DNA of 64,000 nucleotides from Squalus acanthias (Eukaryota), in the NCBI GenBank assembly GCA_030390025.1, contig CM059446.1, positions 13,578,001 to 13,642,000 on the forward strand, in the 5' to 3' direction. Position 1 is the first letter of the stretch. Each line of letters begins with the position of its first letter. This document shows positions 14,198-28,395 of this stretch, piece by piece. The translations under genes and the position numbers were made by a program. A model generated the notes under the pieces. That model did no database searches, had not been told where the DNA came from, and saw nothing but the letters and a program-made list of their open reading frames with translations.

Positions 14198-14525
14198 CAA
14201 CAGCTTGCATCTGTGTAATACCTTTAACGTAGTAAAAATGTCCCAGGCGCTTCACAGACCAAACTTGACACCGAGCCACATAAAGAGATATTAGGACAAA
14301 GCTTGGTCAAAGAGATAGGTTTTAAGGAGCATCTTAAAGGAGGAGAGAGAAGTGGAGAGCTTAGGGCCCAGGCAGTGCAGAGATCTCGGAAGGTTGTTGG
14401 GCTGGAAGAGGTTACAGAGATAGGGAGGGGAGGGATTTGAACACAAGGATGAGAATTTTAAACTCCGGGCCAGGAGCCAATTGCAAGAGTATTGCAATAG
14501 TCGAATCTGGAGGTAACAAAGACAT
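14198..14525 (-). mobile_element. L2 LINE 3' fragment with internal deletions
   Basis: Matches 9010-9650 and 50602-51012 (AAGCTTGGTCAAAGAG..GGTTTTAAGGAGC). Confidence 0.8.
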
Positions 14526-16579
14526 GGAGAACAAAATCATAAATCTGTTTATAAAGAGCATATTTGTGATTTCCCTCTGCAGGGCACCCAGAGGAAATCT
14601 TTCCCTCATGTGTTTTGTAGCCCGGATTTTTGCGTGATGAAATATTATAGAATTCGGCATATTAATCGTACCTTCCTCCAGCTGTTCATGACCTGGCGGT
14701 GCAATTTATGCGGTGTTATGGATGGACTGTATAGGCACGGCAAGTGCGGCCAATACACTAGATTTCAGGGTGACCACATTTTACGTTCCAACCCTGACAT
14801 TCCCTATCCCACAAATGGTTAACGTGCCTGAAGCTTCCATCAGCCAAGGTCTTGGTTTTGCAATTTTAGGAAAGTAAAACAGACCTTCCCCATTATGCTG
14901 GACCTTAAACAGTATGATTCATTTTGACTGCCTGCTGTATTATTCATTTTAAAGCAAACATAGAAACCAGAATCATCTGATTTATTCTCCCAGTTACTAC
15001 AGTATTCATATGGAACCTTTTATTTTTATTTAACATTTGGCAAGAAATGAAAAAGAATTTGACTTCTAATATAGTTTTAAAGTTTAGCATACATTTATAA
15101 TAAAAAAAACATTCTAGGAAACAATGACTAATAATTTCAATAGAATTTGTCTGTCAGACTTTTACCCATGAAAGACATTATAATTATGCTCTTGTCTGCT
15201 TTTCCGGGCCAATGTATCTTAACACCAGGAACTGTTGGGTTAAAATGCAGATCTTCCAAACATTTCAAATTGTGTTTGATGTACCATGTGTTAAGCAAAT
15301 TGGATTTACAATTAGATGAAATTTGAACGCAAATGTTTTCTCCAAAGGGGCATTAGTACCCCGCGTATTACTTGTATGTACATCGTGAACCTGACTTGTT
15401 TCTTCCATACGATGATTTTTTTTTTAAGCTAATGAAGAGGAGGTCTAAGGTTTTCGTAGCGCTGCCTACATAACTCAATTGGCATATCCATTGAAAATAA
15501 TGATACCTCTAGCCTGGAGAAAAAATGTCAAAGATGACAAGTCCTGTCTGATCAAGGATTTGTTAAACATCTCCAGTCCTGGAGGGAGGCACTTAGCCAT
15601 TAGGCTTCTAACATTAGGGTTGAGTGAACTGGCTTGCAGATAAGTCTGAACTGTCCATTGAACATCTCATACTTACTCTCCCCTATTGTCATTCGCTAAA
15701 ATAACCCAAATCCTTAAATCCGCAGAGCACGTCTTAACGCAGCACAGTCGAGCACCTGACCTAATTTGTATACCCTAACAGCTATTCTACTCCAAACACT
15801 AATTCCTAAATCTACCTGTCTCTTGCTTAGTTTTTAGCTGCTTTATGTCCTCTCTGGTCACTATCTGCTATGCTCCCAAAACACGCTCTGTGTTCTCATT
15901 GAGGTGACAGACTTGGGATCCGAGGGAATTTGCAGCAGGAAAATAATGTACCAGGCCTGGTTGGGTTGCCAGAGAAGGACAGTTCTTAAGGAGGCAACTA
16001 ATGAGAATGGACTTACTGCCGCTGAATCCATCAAACTTGGTATCCAGAATTAAGAGCTGCTAGTGACATTATATTGAGCTGCTTGTTTGCATTAGAAACG
16101 GGATCATCACCTACCATTTCTAGTTGGCCAGATTGTGTTCTGTTTCTTGAATAACCCATGAACTCCATTAAATGGCTCTAGAGAGGTTCGAGTTGAATCT
16201 CTAAATGAAAATGAGCTTGCACACCTAGATTGAGAAGATAGCTGGATTGTCCTCACAGGTAGAGTGAGTTCTTGAAGAGAGTAAAAGCTTTTAGTACTTG
16301 CAAAATCATTCAAGTTCAATGCTAAGTGACTGTTGGTTGAACATTCAGGAGTTCATTTCCAACAAATTAGAGCACTCAAAAATGCATTTTTTAAAAGCTT
16401 CCTCATAATTTGCAGATAAAGGACTTTGAAATACTTTGTACTGCAACTAGTGGACAACTCATCAGTCAGTCATGTAGTGGGACAGTAAGAGGTATTCCCA
16501 TCTCCTTTCCCAATCTTAATGAGGACCTCTAAGAAGATGAGAATTAACCATAGTATTTCAGCTAGACCATAGGAGGGTG

Positions 16580-16710
16580 CCTGCTCCTATCTTCTATGTT
16601 TCTATAGGGTACTGAATTTGGATGATCGGCCATGATCTCATTAAATGGCGGAACAGGCTTGAGGGGCCGAATGGCCTACTCCTGCTCCTATCTTCTCTGT
16701 TTCTATGTGA
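16580..16710 (+). mobile_element. CR1 3' UTR tail(s)
   Basis: Nearly identical to 5770-5871. Confidence 0.8.
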
Positions 16711-19700
16711 ACCATCTGCAGAGAAACAGTGTTTGCATTCACTGAAAGTCTTGCTTTTTCCAGCTATTGGGAAATGGTGGCTAAGGTTGACATTCATGTC
16801 AAGTGCGCTGGGACACGGGCCTTTTTATTGATAGAGAAGTACATCAACACAAATTATTGTTTTAATTCTCGAATATGTGAGCAGTCACCTGGAAATGAAT
16901 GTTCTTAATGTGTTGGAGGCACCCAAACTCCCCGTCGCTGTGATTGCTCCATGAAGTGGAACGTTCACCTGCTGCGGCTAATGAGGCAGATTGTAGAAAA
17001 TCATTTTAATGCAATTTGAGATTTCAGTAATAACAAAAAAAATCTGATTTACCCAATTTCTTTATAAAGAAGTCTAATCCACAGGAAATAATGTTAAATA
17101 GAGGAGAACATGGAGCCTGGAAGCTATTACAAGACAGCGGTAACACATCAAGGGCGTGAGATGACATTGTCATTGAGATGTCTTACCGTCTTGGACCATA
17201 CTGATAATTTAAAGTCATATTTTTTCACTAAAAGAATTCAAATTGTCCAAAAGATGTGATTAAGCAACATAAATACCACTGAACAGTGGGAATATAGCGC
17301 TAACCACTTGAATTATCAGATCACTTGAATTCAGTGACTTTGAATTCAGAGTAGACTATCTAGAGAAATGGACTTCTTTCATGCTAGTTCACCATTTTTT
17401 TTGGGGGGGTGGGGTGGTAGAGCTCTGTTGCTTGGGGTGGCCTGGTGGACAGTGATGGATTATCAGTTCTCCTTTATGTGTCATGCAATTAGGCCAGAAG
17501 TGATAGTAGCATTCATTTTAATGGCCAGTGCAAGGACCTATACACACCTCCCATTCATTATAATTGTGACTGTAATGCCACCTCTAATATAAGCGTTTTA
17601 CTGACCTACAAAAATTACAAGGAAAACCTATTATTTATCCGAATGATTCTGGTGCAATTTACCATTCGGAAAAAAAATGTCCAAACATCAGTCAACAGTA
17701 GAATTAATGATTTCTTTCAACTGCAACAAAACTGCTTTAAGAGATTTTTGTGTTTCTCATTATGTCTGTGACTGATGTGGTGCACACTCAACTATGTAAC
17801 ATTACTTTTTTTTTGGTAACATGATTTCTTTTTGTAACAGATCAGTCTGGTATAGTCGTGCTGCGTATGCACCAGATTATAAATTAGAAAACGATATGGG
17901 TTTAAAGAATACATAATGCACTGGGAAAAATGTGTGTCGCACTTTCCATGCCCACAGCTTTGAGTCCCGGTGATATTGTCTCAGTTAAATATGACCTTGG
18001 GTTGCTTGTAGGAGCCCATGATAGCACATGCTCTAGCTAAAGGGGAATGTATCTCCGTGTTTGCAAGCTGCAATTGGCTGTATCTTTGGGGGTGGTCACA
18101 CCTGTCATTGTGTGGCGAGCAACAGTGTTTACACAAAGAAAAGTGACTACTTTGGAGGTGAATGGTGATAGGCTTTCAAAGTCTGAGGAATTCATTCTTA
18201 TTTTTTTCCTTGTAACTAAAACTGAATCTAAGAGACTAACCCTTCCTGTACTGGTACTTGTAAAATTATTTACTGGGAAACTCTTAGCTAAGCTTTCATG
18301 TCCTTGAGGGAGCACAAGGGTTTGTTAGACATCTTCAGTCCTGGAGGGAGGCATTGAGCCATTAGGATTCTAACATTAGGGTTGAGTGAACTGGCTTGCA
18401 GTTTAGTCTGGACGGCGCAGTGCTTGATGATATTGAAAACAGACATGAATACCACAGAAGTTAGCATCTGGCATTCCCTTTTCACCCCATTGCTAAATGC
18501 TTGCATTCATCTTTTCTGAATGTCATTGTCATAGTTGAGAGCTATGCCAGTGTACCACCAGAGGTTGCATAGTGGCTTCTAGTCTGCTTCATTAAGCCTA
18601 ATGATCTGCTAAGTGTAGGGCTGCATAGACCTCAGTCTCTATACTCTGGGACCATAGTGCCAGATTTAACTCTCCACTAGCCCCACTGATCCATCACTTC
18701 GGACATGGCATTGCAAATCATGAGGTCATTGGGCTGTCTCAACAGTGCAGCACCACTGATCAAAGGCACCCAAAACTCCTTTGCATCTGTGTGTGGGACC
18801 CGGCAATGGCCTCATATAATTTGATGGCCATTGGTGCTTATGGAGATTGTGGTATTCCAGATAAAGTGGCCAATGGACTTTATCATAAAGACACAATAGT
18901 GACGGCGTGCCATGCCTCTGAAGTATTATGACAGGATGAGTGGATGGATCTTGCAGCACCAATGAACTTCTTGCAGATTCAACTCTTTCATTTTCAATTT
19001 CTGGGGAGGTGGTCAAAGATGGAAGCCCCTTGCTGCTTGGAGGGTCCTTTATAGGCCGCCACCCTCGGGATTTTGTCTCCCCATTTACGTGACAGGGAAT
19101 GGCCAAGTGTGCCGATCTGCTCTGCCACGATGAGTGTATCTTTTGCCCTCAGAGGTCACTTAACTCCCAGAATCACTGTGCATTATGAAAGAGAAAATTC
19201 TCAGTGATGTTGGACATGGTGCGAAATGTATTGTGGTGTGGCGGTCATCAACATATGCTGAATTGTTTTGGAAATCTCAGATTTTACTTGCACATCTATC
19301 CCATAGCAGTTAACACTTGTCATGCATGTTATACATAAAGAAGTTGTTATATAGATGTGACCTTTTTTTATTAGTGGAAAAGCAACTTTTTTTCTGATGT
19401 TTCAGGCCACAGAGCATTGGGCATGAATCAGTTAATTATCAGACTCTGAGGAATGCTTTGTTAACATGAATGAAGTAATTAGTTTAGGTAAGGTTTCACA
19501 TCATTTCAAAACATACATACATCATACCTGTCACCAAGTTGAGAATAGACTTTATATTTTTTTTCCGAAGTGTATTTGATAATTTACTGTTGTTCCTCTG
19601 GCTTTTAATCGGCATAACAGAGTCTCCAGGGCCCCGGCTTTTAACAGGACCAGTTGTGCAGGCCAAAGCTTTTAGGGATTAGGGGAATAATAAAACTTCC

Positions 19701-21806
19701 TCTATTGGCTGTAGGAACGCTGAACCTGTCTGGGAATTAAAAAGTTGGATCCCATCCATCGCCTTTATTAATCACAGCTGCTGTTTGTTTACTTATGTTC
19801 TGCTGAAATAACTAATCACCTGGTGATCCGTTGATGAAAAATGATTTGTTTTAATCAAAATCTCATTCGAGGGTTAAGAAAACCTGAAAATGATCAATCA
19901 CTTGGTTCTGTGTTGTCAGTCAAGAATTTGGTGTGAAGGGAGTTTATGGAGCATTTCGAAATCCAAGTGCTGATTTCATCTTTCAAAATTAAGTCTGAAA
20001 ATAAATGGTGCATATTAAACGCAGAGTTGATAAAGTGCCAGAAACACATTGACAAATCACTAAATTACGTGTTCATGTTGAACTATTTTCATATGTTTCT
20101 AGAAGTAATTTTGCATTAAATCCGGGCTTAAAAATAAAGTCAAGTACCAGCATAAAGGAATGCTTAGCGAGTACTTGTACAAGCTAACTTCAAAAAACAC
20201 ATGCAAATTATTAAAAACCAGTATTAAGTATGTTTGGACTTTGTTCAAGCAGTACATTCTCTCCAGCACATTAATCTGCACATAAATCTGCCCAAGTCTG
20301 AGGAGAATTCTTATGTACATGAAGCCAGGAGGTGCTTTTCCTTCAGTTCACAGCAGGAGCTCTTGCAATGCAGCACTTTTAATTGAGGTACACAGATTTT
20401 TCTTTTGCCTTTGCGTCTAATACTTCTGACTTTGATTCCATTCCATTGCTGATTGATTTACTGCCGAATGCCTCAGTTACAACCTCAAAAAATCAACATC
20501 ATAAATTACAGTTAATTTGGCACCTCTTCCTGAATGGCTGCGATTCCCATGGCACCAGTTCTCCCCCACACGTGCTGTTCCTTCTCTTTACCCATGATTT
20601 CACAAAGACACACGGGCTTCAAATTTATAAGCTCCCAGTTTGTCTTTATTTCATTCTAATGTGGTAAACTCCTGTCACTTCATTTTGAATGAGAATGACG
20701 GCCCGATGTATGAATCAAAAACTTTACTCCAAATGGCTATTTTGAAAGCCCCAACGCTGTTTATGCAACTGTCATCTCAACAGTTCCTTCACTCATTTAT
20801 GACTCTTTAATGGAAGTTCTCCTCACCCTTCCAATCGCAATCCAAACTTTGTGCTTTCACTGCCTGAAGTTTGGACTCGCCACGTCTTTTTAATGTTTGA
20901 TTTGTGCGTTCTGTGTAGAATCTCTGCGTTCTGAGCACAGGTGTCACAGCACAAAAGTCTTCCTTGGTTTTATTGGCACAGAAAACAGTGCCCATGTGTA
21001 GCATGCACTTCAGCTTTTCAGTAATGGGATAGTTAGTACTCGGGGAGTACTCCAGCGCTCGTAACTCTTCCAGGGATTTTCCAACGGGTTTCAGGCCTTC
21101 AGCCGGTGTTCTTTTGTACCACTCTTCTCAATAAAATGTAGAAATAGCATCAAAAAGAAAGGGGGCTGAACTTCAATCGAAAGTACACGGTACCGAGACC
21201 AGCTTCTCATGACAGCCGCCAGCGCTTCTAGCGGGCGTGTGGGTGTTTACGCGGTTTGCCCAGTATATGCGGTGGACGGGAACGCCAGTCTTCACTGATC
21301 CTTGCGCCTCTACTGGTCACTAAAATATGGATTGGTGTTGGATGAAGCTTTCAGTCAGGTCTGACCTAGAGAAGTGCCAGTCTGCCGGAACAGAAACCAT
21401 CCTGGGAGAGACGCATGGCAGCAGTTTGCAAAGAACTGCCCGAAATAGCCGGTGCTATTAACTCGTAATAAACGGCGCCATTGTAATTGACTCGTATGGT
21501 AATGGAAATGGTCACTGCCACTTGCCCAATATAGGCGACTGCCCGTGATAAACGTGGGCGGTATAAGGGGTGAGGACTGTAATTAGTTTGGAAGGCACAT
21601 CTGAGTCATGGTGGAGATAGTTCCCCAATATTGCTCCAAAAAAACTCGGCTATGGCAAGATTGGATTGTTTGGATAAGCTGAGACATTGGATTTGGAATT
21701 TTTGAAATTTAGGCAGTGAAAGCATGAAGTTTAAATTTCAAACAGGGAGGGGCAGAGCCTCCATTAGACCCTCTTCCTCCCAACCTCCAAAAGTCTTGGA
21801 GACATA

Positions 21807-23507
21807 GGCCGGGATTTTCCTTACCTCGGCGGGTCCGGGGCGGGCGATGTCGGTGGCGGGTCACGGCCCCGCTGCTGACTCCATCCCGCTCTGGAAAATG
21901 AATTTATGTTGATGGGGCTTGTTAAGCCCGCCCAGCGCGTTTCCCGGCCCAGTTAGAGGAAGCGGGTCTGGTGACGTCATTCATGACGTGTCATCAGCCG
22001 GTTTCCTTAAAGGGACCATGCGCAAATTGATTTTGACAGTTGTGCTGTCAGTGTTCGACAGCATTGAGGTGCTGCAAACACTGACAGGTACTGCACAGAG
22101 GTGCACGGCTGCACACAGGTTCTCCCATGACTCCCTCCATATGCTTATGGGGGGAGTCACAGCATGCAGGGAGGTTCTCTTCCCTTCCGATGGGCGGAAG
22201 AGACCTCCCCAGGAGAACAAAACAGCCTGGTTGCACATTGCACAGGAGGACACAAGCAGGGATGTGGTCAGGAGGACCAGGCTGCAGTGGCGCAAACCTT
22301 TCATTGATCTCAGCAGATCATGAAATGTTAGTACAAAGCCACACTCAACCTCATCCTGCTGTGCCTCTCATCACATCTCCATCACTCTGCCTTCCCTACC
22401 CTATCCTGCACATCCTTACTCACACCAACTTACCTTGCACCTCCACCCATCCCTCTCTATCTACATTATCACTTTCCCATCTCACAAGCCACCACTCACC
22501 CTCATCCTAGTGCAATCATACCAACTAACAACACACAAGGGTAGGCACTTGGGTGTTTTATCCAATGTTCATGTAAAGTTACCGTTAAAGTGTTGTCAAC
22601 CATTGAAATCTGTATTTTCAACACTTTGCGTTCTTGGACAGATTTGTGTGCACCTTTGGAAGTGTCTTAGTAAGTTTCAGTGAATGGTGAGACATAACGG
22701 TACCCGCCCCCCACCCCCACCCCCGCAACGCTGATTAGTGTGACAGGAATGGCTTGGACATTGTAGGGATGCTTTGTGGTGTTGGTGTAGGGTGGTGCCA
22801 ACCTGGCGCATCATGTGCCAGCCAGGGTGTACAGCGTCAAGTGAAGTAAATCTGGCCATGGCGAGGCCATCCTTGGCCTCCTGGGCAGCAATGCGGTCGA
22901 CTGCTGGTGCCCTGTGTCCTGTGCAGCATCAGGTGATTGCGGAGAAAGTTGGTGCTGCTGGTGTTGGGGCTGATCGTGGTCGGATTCTGAGGACCAAGGT
23001 GAGGCAGTATAAGGGCACCCATGTTGATGGAATAGATGGCAAGTGAGAGAGTTCTTCCAATGAGGTAAGAGTGGATGGAGAGTGGAAAGTGGAAAGCCTG
23101 CAGAATCTGTGCTGGAAATGGACTGAGAAACAACTTGTGGCTGAGGAAAGTGATGATCTATCAGGTGGGAGATTTGAAGCTGTCAAGTAATCAGCTGGAG
23201 CAATGGCCATTCAACTCCCGCCTCAGGTTCACAGACGTGGTCCTCGAGCATCGTGGACCCCGTGGGTGAGCAGTTAAAATTAAAAGGTCAGGTTAAAAGC
23301 ATTATTAAAGGTCTGTCAACAACCCAATAATTGGTTTACTTGGGTCGCCTGCCTCTGCGGGTCGGGTCGAATCGAATCGGAGATCACCCATGCGCTTGTG
23401 GGAAAGGCGCGTTGCGGCGGGGTCCTGTCCCGCTGTCAAAAAAAAATCAAATTTCCCACCTGACCCGCTACCGATCCCACCCGCTGAACCCCCGCAAAAT
23501 TACGGCC
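21807..23507. mobile_element. PIF/Harbinger deletion derivative with a degenerate Myb/SANT-like gene
   Basis: TIRs GGCCGGGATTTT / AAAATTACGGCC; perfect 3-bp TSD ATA; + strand peptide RFSHDSLHMLMGGVTACREVLFPSDGRKRPPQENKTAWLHIAQE..RRTRLQWRKPFIDL resembles Harbinger Myb-like proteins. Confidence 0.85.
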
Positions 23508-25120
23508 ATAGTTCTTCATAGCCTGCTGAAGCTCCTGGGACTTGGGTGTACACCTACTGCAACCCGAGTGCCAGGGATCAGGTGTTAGCCTATCATATTA
23601 GATCATGAAGTGGCTCCAAACCACTACAAAGAAACAGGTGCAAACCACGGCCAAACAATGGAAAGAACAATCACCATCCAGCATTATAGCAGCCAACTAT
23701 CACACTCAGACAGCTGCCATAGTTTAAGGGAGAATGCTTTCAGGAACACAGAACGTGACGTTGTCCATGTCCAGACCTTCTCCAGATCCTAATTTGACTG
23801 TATCCCAGCACCATCCGTTGTAATCCGAATCAGCTCAATTCAGAACAAGTAGCGCCTTGGGTTCTATGCTCAGTCGCAAATGAAACCCCACTTTAAAGAA
23901 TCAGGCACTCTCTGGGCTGCCCAGGAGGTTTCTCAACATATGAGGACTGTTTGCAGGATATGGCAAAGTGATGGTGCATTATAGGAGTTCTGTTACATGG
24001 GAAACAAATTAATTATCTCTCTCAGCAGGGAAAGAGCATCTGTGCTGATCTGCTGTAGTTAGTTTTGAGAAGATTGCTGCAGTGCAGATTCTGAAGTGTT
24101 GTTGATGGTAATTATTGTGTTTCGTTGCTGTGGTTGTATCACTAAACGCCCATCGAAGCCTGGTTCTCTTGTTTTTCTATCAGTTTATTTCAAGGGTGAT
24201 ACAAGTGTTCTATAGCCCTGGCTGTCTTTTCCTTCCCTCGTTTATCAATGGTGGGGAGTGGGAGACCTTTGATTTTGATTGGCAGGTCAGATGTCGCTAA
24301 TTGCCAAGCTGCTTCTGGAGGGAGTGCTGACAGATCGCCAGAAGGATTTAAAGGGGAAGTGTGCTTTACTGAATTACAACTCGCTCCTTAGCGGTACAGG
24401 AAGGATGTAGCGGCCTATTTGTCGATGGCTGTCAGTTGACTTTGTTGTATTTGCTCAGCAGTTCTAAAACCTGTGGGGAAATCTGGCAGTCAGCTCAAGT
24501 GACGTACAAGCTGCCCCTGGAGCTGAAAAGGGCACCAGGAGGAATGGACTTCCTTCCCGTGGACACCACCTCAGCCTCACGAGCTCGCAAGTCACCCCCA
24601 CCCCCCCCTTAGCCAAAGAAGCCACTAGGCTGATCACTGACTGGACAGATGCCCACCCCTCACCATCCACAGAGGCCACGCCCTATCACAACTGTAAAAG
24701 ACCCCTCTCTTTCGCTCCTTTCTCCTTCCACTTGTGACTTGAGTCCCCGGACAAGGAATGACCATCCTGGCCTGCCAACTGCGAACCCCACCCAAGCACC
24801 CATCCCACAGCGGTGTAGGACCATCAACGTGTCTGCAGGTACCTTGAAACCTGCACGGTAATGTGTATTCGTTACCATATTATTACCTGAGAATGCAGGT
24901 AACCCTTTTATACAACCTGTTATTTGGGGGGGGGAAAGCGCATAAGATTCAGCAGCAGTGAGTGACTGGAAAAAGTTTCCTTTTGTAACATTTCGAGTCA
25001 TGCCATTATTTAGTAGAATGCATTTGTCCTTTGAAAGCTGTTAACCCCTAGACAGAAACAATGTCATATTTTAGTAATGAATCTAAAACATGTCAGCAGA
25101 AAAAAAATGAACGAAGTGTT

Positions 25121-25370
25121 GAAGAAAGAACTTGCATTTACATAGCGTCTTTCACGACCTCAGGACGTCCCAAAGCGCTTTACAGCCATTGAAGTATTTT
25201 TGAAATTTAGTAACTGTTATAATGTAGGGAAACGCGGTAGCCAATTTGCGCACAGCAAGGTCCCATAAACAGCAATGTGATAATGACCAGATAATCTGTT
25301 TTAGTGATGCTGGTTGAGGGATAAATATTGGCCCAGGACACTGGGGAGAACTCCCCTGCTCTACTTCGTA
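25121..25370 (-). mobile_element. Deu-domain SINE 3' half
   Basis: Reverse complement of the 4600-4850 type sequence. Confidence 0.85.
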
Positions 25371-25969
25371 AAAGAAGTTAAATCCAGATGCCTAACTAAT
25401 GCCCGTTTCATTGTCCTCTTAAACAGCTGCCTGCCAAACTCCTTCGGTGTGTAAATCCCAGTCCCTGTTCCAGTGTGGAGCCAGTTAGATACCACGAGCC
25501 ACTACAAATTCATTCTGCAGGTCGTATAAGGAATTAATGGTATTTTGAAAGCTGCAAATAGAAGTCATCACTCAAAGGTTTTATTTTTTCCAAATTGGAG
25601 GATTTAATTTAGCTCCTCGTAAATAATCATAGTCAGCAGCTTGTACAAACTTGATTTCTGGTGCTAGGGAAAGAGCCCTGTGACCTGACACATCAATGAG
25701 CAGCTACTGCTGCTGGGTTTGAGGTGATGCAAGTAGCTCGGGTGCTAGTTGCCATTCACCTGTGGCGACCCGGGGCGAGATTCTTAAACGCACCTGCGAT
25801 GATTATTTCACCAGAATTACTCTCACCAGTCATTCACGATGACTCTCTTTCAATTGTAGCCTCATCCTGAAAAATGTTCGTTCAAATGACAACTTTCCTC
25901 TGGCTTAACTCATTGATAAGGAATGTAAAAAAATCAGGATCCAGGATTTTAAAAAATTCTACTTGATTT

Positions 25970-27280
25970 TACGAAGTAGAGCAGGGGAGTTCTCCCCGGT
26001 GTCCTGGCCAATATTTATCCCTCAACCAACATCACTAAAACAGATTATCTGGTCATTATCACATTGCTGTTTGTGGGATCTTGCTGTGCACAAATTGGCG
26101 ACCAGGGGCTGGATTTTGTCAATGGGGAGCTTTTGGAGGCAGGACTCCCACTTGTTGGGTTTCAGTCCCGCCTCCATCAACTTCTGGCCAACCCACGCAG
26201 GCCAATTAAGGGAAAGACGGTTACAGAGAACGTCAACGTATGATGTTTCAATTTGACAGATGAATTGTCATCGTTTGACAGCTCTGTGAAGCTGTCAAAC
26301 ACTGACATTCTCTGTAGTTTGATGAGTTCTTGAATTCAAGAACTCATCAAACCTCTTTCTTTTGCAGAAATGAGATGGTTGTTGCATTGGAGAACGCAGC
26401 GGCCATCTGTCATCTCTGCCGCGGAGGTGTGAGACTCTCCGCATACCCAGCGATTGAAGCCTGCAGGAATAAACAAAGGTAAGTACACTTTTTCTAACAC
26501 TTTCCACTTACCTCAGATACTCACCTCTCCACACTTGCACCCATCACTTACCTCCACAGCACACCTTTGGACCCCTCCGACCCCCGCAGATCCCCTACTC
26601 GCCTCGCTGACCCTGGCGGGGTTCGGAGCCTTCGGGAAGCCCGCACTTGTGTGGGCAAAATGGGGATAATCCTATTTTCTGCATGTTAACTACCTGTTAA
26701 CAGGCAGTTAAGTGGCTGTAATCCCTTACCGCCTCCAAGGAGACGGGACCTGTCGCAGGACGGCTACCCGCCTCCTGGCAAGATGGCATGGGGGCGGGTT
26801 GGGCACCCGCCCCCAAATTCTGCCATTTTCCCGGCTGTCCCGCCTCCATACCCACCTCCCCAGGGCTGGCAAATTCCAGCCCCATGTTTCCCTACATTAT
26901 AACAGTTACTACATTACAAAAGTACGTCAATGGCTATAAAAATCTCAATTGTTTCCCAGTTACATAATTCAGCCTGCTCAGGTGGGTTTTGTGGCTCACA
27001 TGACACTGTTGGAGGAAGAGCAGGAAGTTCTCCCAGTGTCCCGGCCAACATTGAACACTCAACCAACATTGAACACTCAACCAACATTGAACACTCAACC
27101 AACACCGCCAAAACAGATCAATTGGTTACTTTTTTCATTTGCTTTCCCGTGACCTTGCTGCACGCAAGTTGGTTGCCGTATTTACCCACTCAACAATTGT
27201 GACTACGCTTCAAAAGTATTTAATTGGCTGTGAGTCTGAGCACAGGAAAGGTGCTATATAAATGCACCTTCTTTTTTTAG
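25970..27280 (+). mobile_element. Deu-SINE pieces interrupted by a Harbinger MITE; includes an 18-bp triplication (AACATTGAACACTCAACC x3, ~27047-27100)
   Basis: SINE core at 25970-26104 resumes at 26884; a second degenerate SINE at ~26990-27280. Confidence 0.75.
26106..26882 (+). mobile_element. Harbinger-type non-autonomous element (copy 1)
   Basis: TIRs GGGCTGGATTTT / AAATTCCAGCCC; flanks CAG and CAT; inverted homologue at 32113-32945. Confidence 0.85.
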
Positions 27281-27839
27281 TTTAAAAACATGGAAAATAG
27301 CACTAAAACCCCACAACAATGTTTGCAAAAATATTTTTCAGACACTCGATCCTGGATTTCAGTCAAAACAAGGGATGGTCCCTTAGAGAGTCACTTTCTA
27401 ATTTTTTTTTTGAATTGATAAACCAAGGTAAAGGGCCAGGCTCCACAGTGTGGAACAACACCCAAGGCTGAAAAGTGTAAAAGAAAAAACAAGATAAGTC
27501 AGCAATGATCAGGTGCGACTGAGCTAGGTTTTAAAAATCTGAAGGTTGTAGGAAGGAGGAAGACCGATGAAGGTAAGGCGTGCACAGCTCTGGGGTTCTA
27601 TAAAGAGATGAGTTGGAGTAGGAAACTGCATAACGAGTCTTAGTTTCAACACAGTGAGGATGTGGCGGGGTGGGGGCGAGCACATAGGATGGCATCTTTG
27701 GAGCTGAGAAGGAACAAGAGAGGCAAGTTCAGAGGAGCACTAACTATGGTAGTAATTTAAGATAGAAGAAAGCAAGTAAAGTTGCAAGAGATAGAGAGAT
27801 TGATTGATTGGAGACTAAAGACTGGAGACTAGAGATAAT

Positions 27840-28323
27840 GGGCTGGATTTTCAATGACCCGTGTAGTCGGGTTTGGAGGCGTGTGGGGGGTTAAAGTTGC
27901 AGATTCGGGGGTCCCGACCCCATCCCGACTCCATTCCGCCTCCACGCAATTTTGACAAAATCGGTCGCGGGGTTCCCGACTCCGTCCCGCCTCCAAGAGG
28001 CGGGAGAGGCCATTAAAGCCCTTAACAAGCCCTAAATTGGCTCTGTAATGCCATTTTGAAACGCTTTAGCTAGTTTAACCCTTTTCCGACGTGAAGTACG
28101 CCTGATGTGAAACACGCCAGCGAAACCTGGCGGGAGCACAAGTGGATAGCTGACTATCAGCTGCAGGTCCACTATTACAACGGAGATGTGGTGATGAAGG
28201 TAGTAGTAGTATTGTGATGAAGGTAGTAGTAGTATTAGGTCTGAAAGTCGCCTCTGATGCTGCTGCATTGAATGTCTTCAGAGACTGCCTGGGAGGACTT
28301 GGTTGCAAAAAAAATTCTCTCTC

Positions 28324-28395
<72 letters not shown>

